Shown one piece after another: positions 62,659 to 64,000 of a stretch of 64,000 bases of DNA; within the stretch, counting starts at the first letter, position 1, and each line of letters begins with the position of its first letter. Origin of the DNA: Gekko japonicus (taxonomy: Eukaryota). The position numbers were made by a program, and so were the translations under genes. The notes under the pieces are model-generated. The model was not told the DNA's origin. It made no database searches and was given only the letters and a program-made list of their open reading frames with translations. Location: assembly GCF_001447785.1 (NCBI RefSeq), contig NW_015164186.1, positions 1,737,142-1,801,141 of the forward strand, given 5' to 3'.

Positions 62659-63149
62659 TGTTATTTGTTTTGGAGAGTTTTGTCCAAACACGCCACCCTT
62701 ATCCTGCCTCACTAGGCACTCATTCCATGGTCGACTATTCAGATTACTGCTGTATGGTAACTGTTATGTCTGGACAAGAGCAATCTTCCACTCCGGCTTA
62801 ACTGCTGCTGGAGGCATGCCTGGACTTGTCTGGTAGGCCTCCTAGAGGGAGCGTGGTGAGGCATGTCTGGGCTTGCTCAGGCAGGCCACCTAGTGGTAGC
62901 TTGAAGCCCCAGAACAAAGGCAGGCAGGATCATGGAACCTGCCAGCAGTTTGGCCCCTGAGGACAGCCAGCCAATTGGGAGCCTGGAGGCCATTTGAACT
63001 CACCAATTGCATGGGGGCTGGGAGTGGCTTAGGTGTATATAGTTAGGGCAGTTGCCCCATGTAAAACATTCCTGTTGAGATGCAATAAACTGCTGCTTGC
63101 TGAAATCACTATGCCTTTCCCTCCACCGTGTTAAACCCACTGTTTAACA
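62659..63149 (+). mobile_element. Probable solo LTR
   Basis: TGTTA...TTAACA ends, with CCAAT, TATATA and AATAAA in the expected order. No clear TSD found. Confidence 0.5.
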
Positions 63150-63534
63150 ATAACCATGGAGTGGACACTTGGGCAGCATACTTTTTAAAAATTTATTTTC
63201 TGGGCATGCGCAGAAGCACTTATTTGAAGCACCACTCCTTTTTGACAGCTCCGTGATCCTTCCGCCAAGTACTGTGATAATTGGTTCCTATACAACTGTA
63301 TTTCTCTGCCAGAAATCACTCCCTTTCCTATCTGATCTTACTCCCTTTCCCACTCATTTCATAAGGCAATTTCCCCTTTTTCTCTCCCCATAGTTTTTCC
63401 ACCAGAGCAATATTATGAAGTGGCCTGGAGTAAAGTTCCGGGGCAGAATCCTGATCACCGATATGGAACCTAAATAGGGACTATTTCCACCGCCGTCCCA
63501 CCCCAAGAAATGGCAGAAAGGGGCTTTCCCCCCT

Positions 63535-63678
63535 GAATTTGTCATTCAAAAAACACACACACACCCCAGGGCTCCCAATCCCAACAAAACATTGTGTTGC
63601 ATAGACGAATTTGTCATTCAAAAAAAACACACACACCCCAGGGATCCCAATCCCAACAAAACATTGTGGTGCATAGAC
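63535..63678. repeat. 72-bp tandem duplication
   Basis: GAATTTGTCATTCAAAAAA...CCCAATCCCAACAAAACATTGTG.TGCATAGAC occurs twice. Confidence 0.9.
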
Positions 63679-64000
63679 GTACAAGTGGTGCCTCATGACC
63701 CTGTGGCAGAGAGTCACTTACGCACATATTGCTAACTGATTTCTTTTTCTAAGGAGCAAAAACAGAAGGGAAAGTTCAGACTTCCCTTCCAGCTTGAGAC
63801 CACGATGGAGAGTTGAGACATCTGGAAATGCGGGGTGAAACCAGACAATCCATAAACCTCAGACTTTGTCCAGTGTCAGAAAACACGAATTTGGGGATGG
63901 GTGAAAATGGGAGGCCAACGACTGGGGAACAGGATACGGAAGATGCTGTCTGATCATGCACTTTAAATACGGAAGGGATCAGCAACAACATCAGATCAAA

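Overview
Vertebrate genomic DNA from a squamate reptile. Sauria SINE, BovB, CR1, L2 and Penelope remnants support this; gecko is likely but unproven. Three protein-coding genes can be rebuilt exon by exon, all on the minus strand. GOLGA7 has 4 coding exons (137 aa), a probable U12 intron and a spliced 3'UTR. GINS4/SLD5 has 7 coding exons (221 aa). An intact two-exon PPP1R3C-like glycogen-targeting PP1 subunit (304 aa) sits where human has no such gene. The rest is repeat-rich intron and intergenic DNA with one 746-nt N gap. Most unusual observations: (1) a 3'-truncated LINE whose endonuclease frame has no ATG and follows ORF1 in frame across TGA-CAA-CTA, a match to the CARYYA stop-codon readthrough signal; (2) two nested ORF1-only (half-L1-like) retroelements, the inner one full length with a 14-bp target-site duplication (TSD), preceded by a ~206-bp CpG-rich tandem array; (3) a solo LTR with symmetric GG...CC ends; (4) tandem duplications of the GINS4 core promoter and of DNA just upstream of the PPP1R3C-like gene; (5) fold-back Penelope remnants with hammerhead-like cores. 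All calls were made by eye, with no database searches, so repeat boundaries are approximate.
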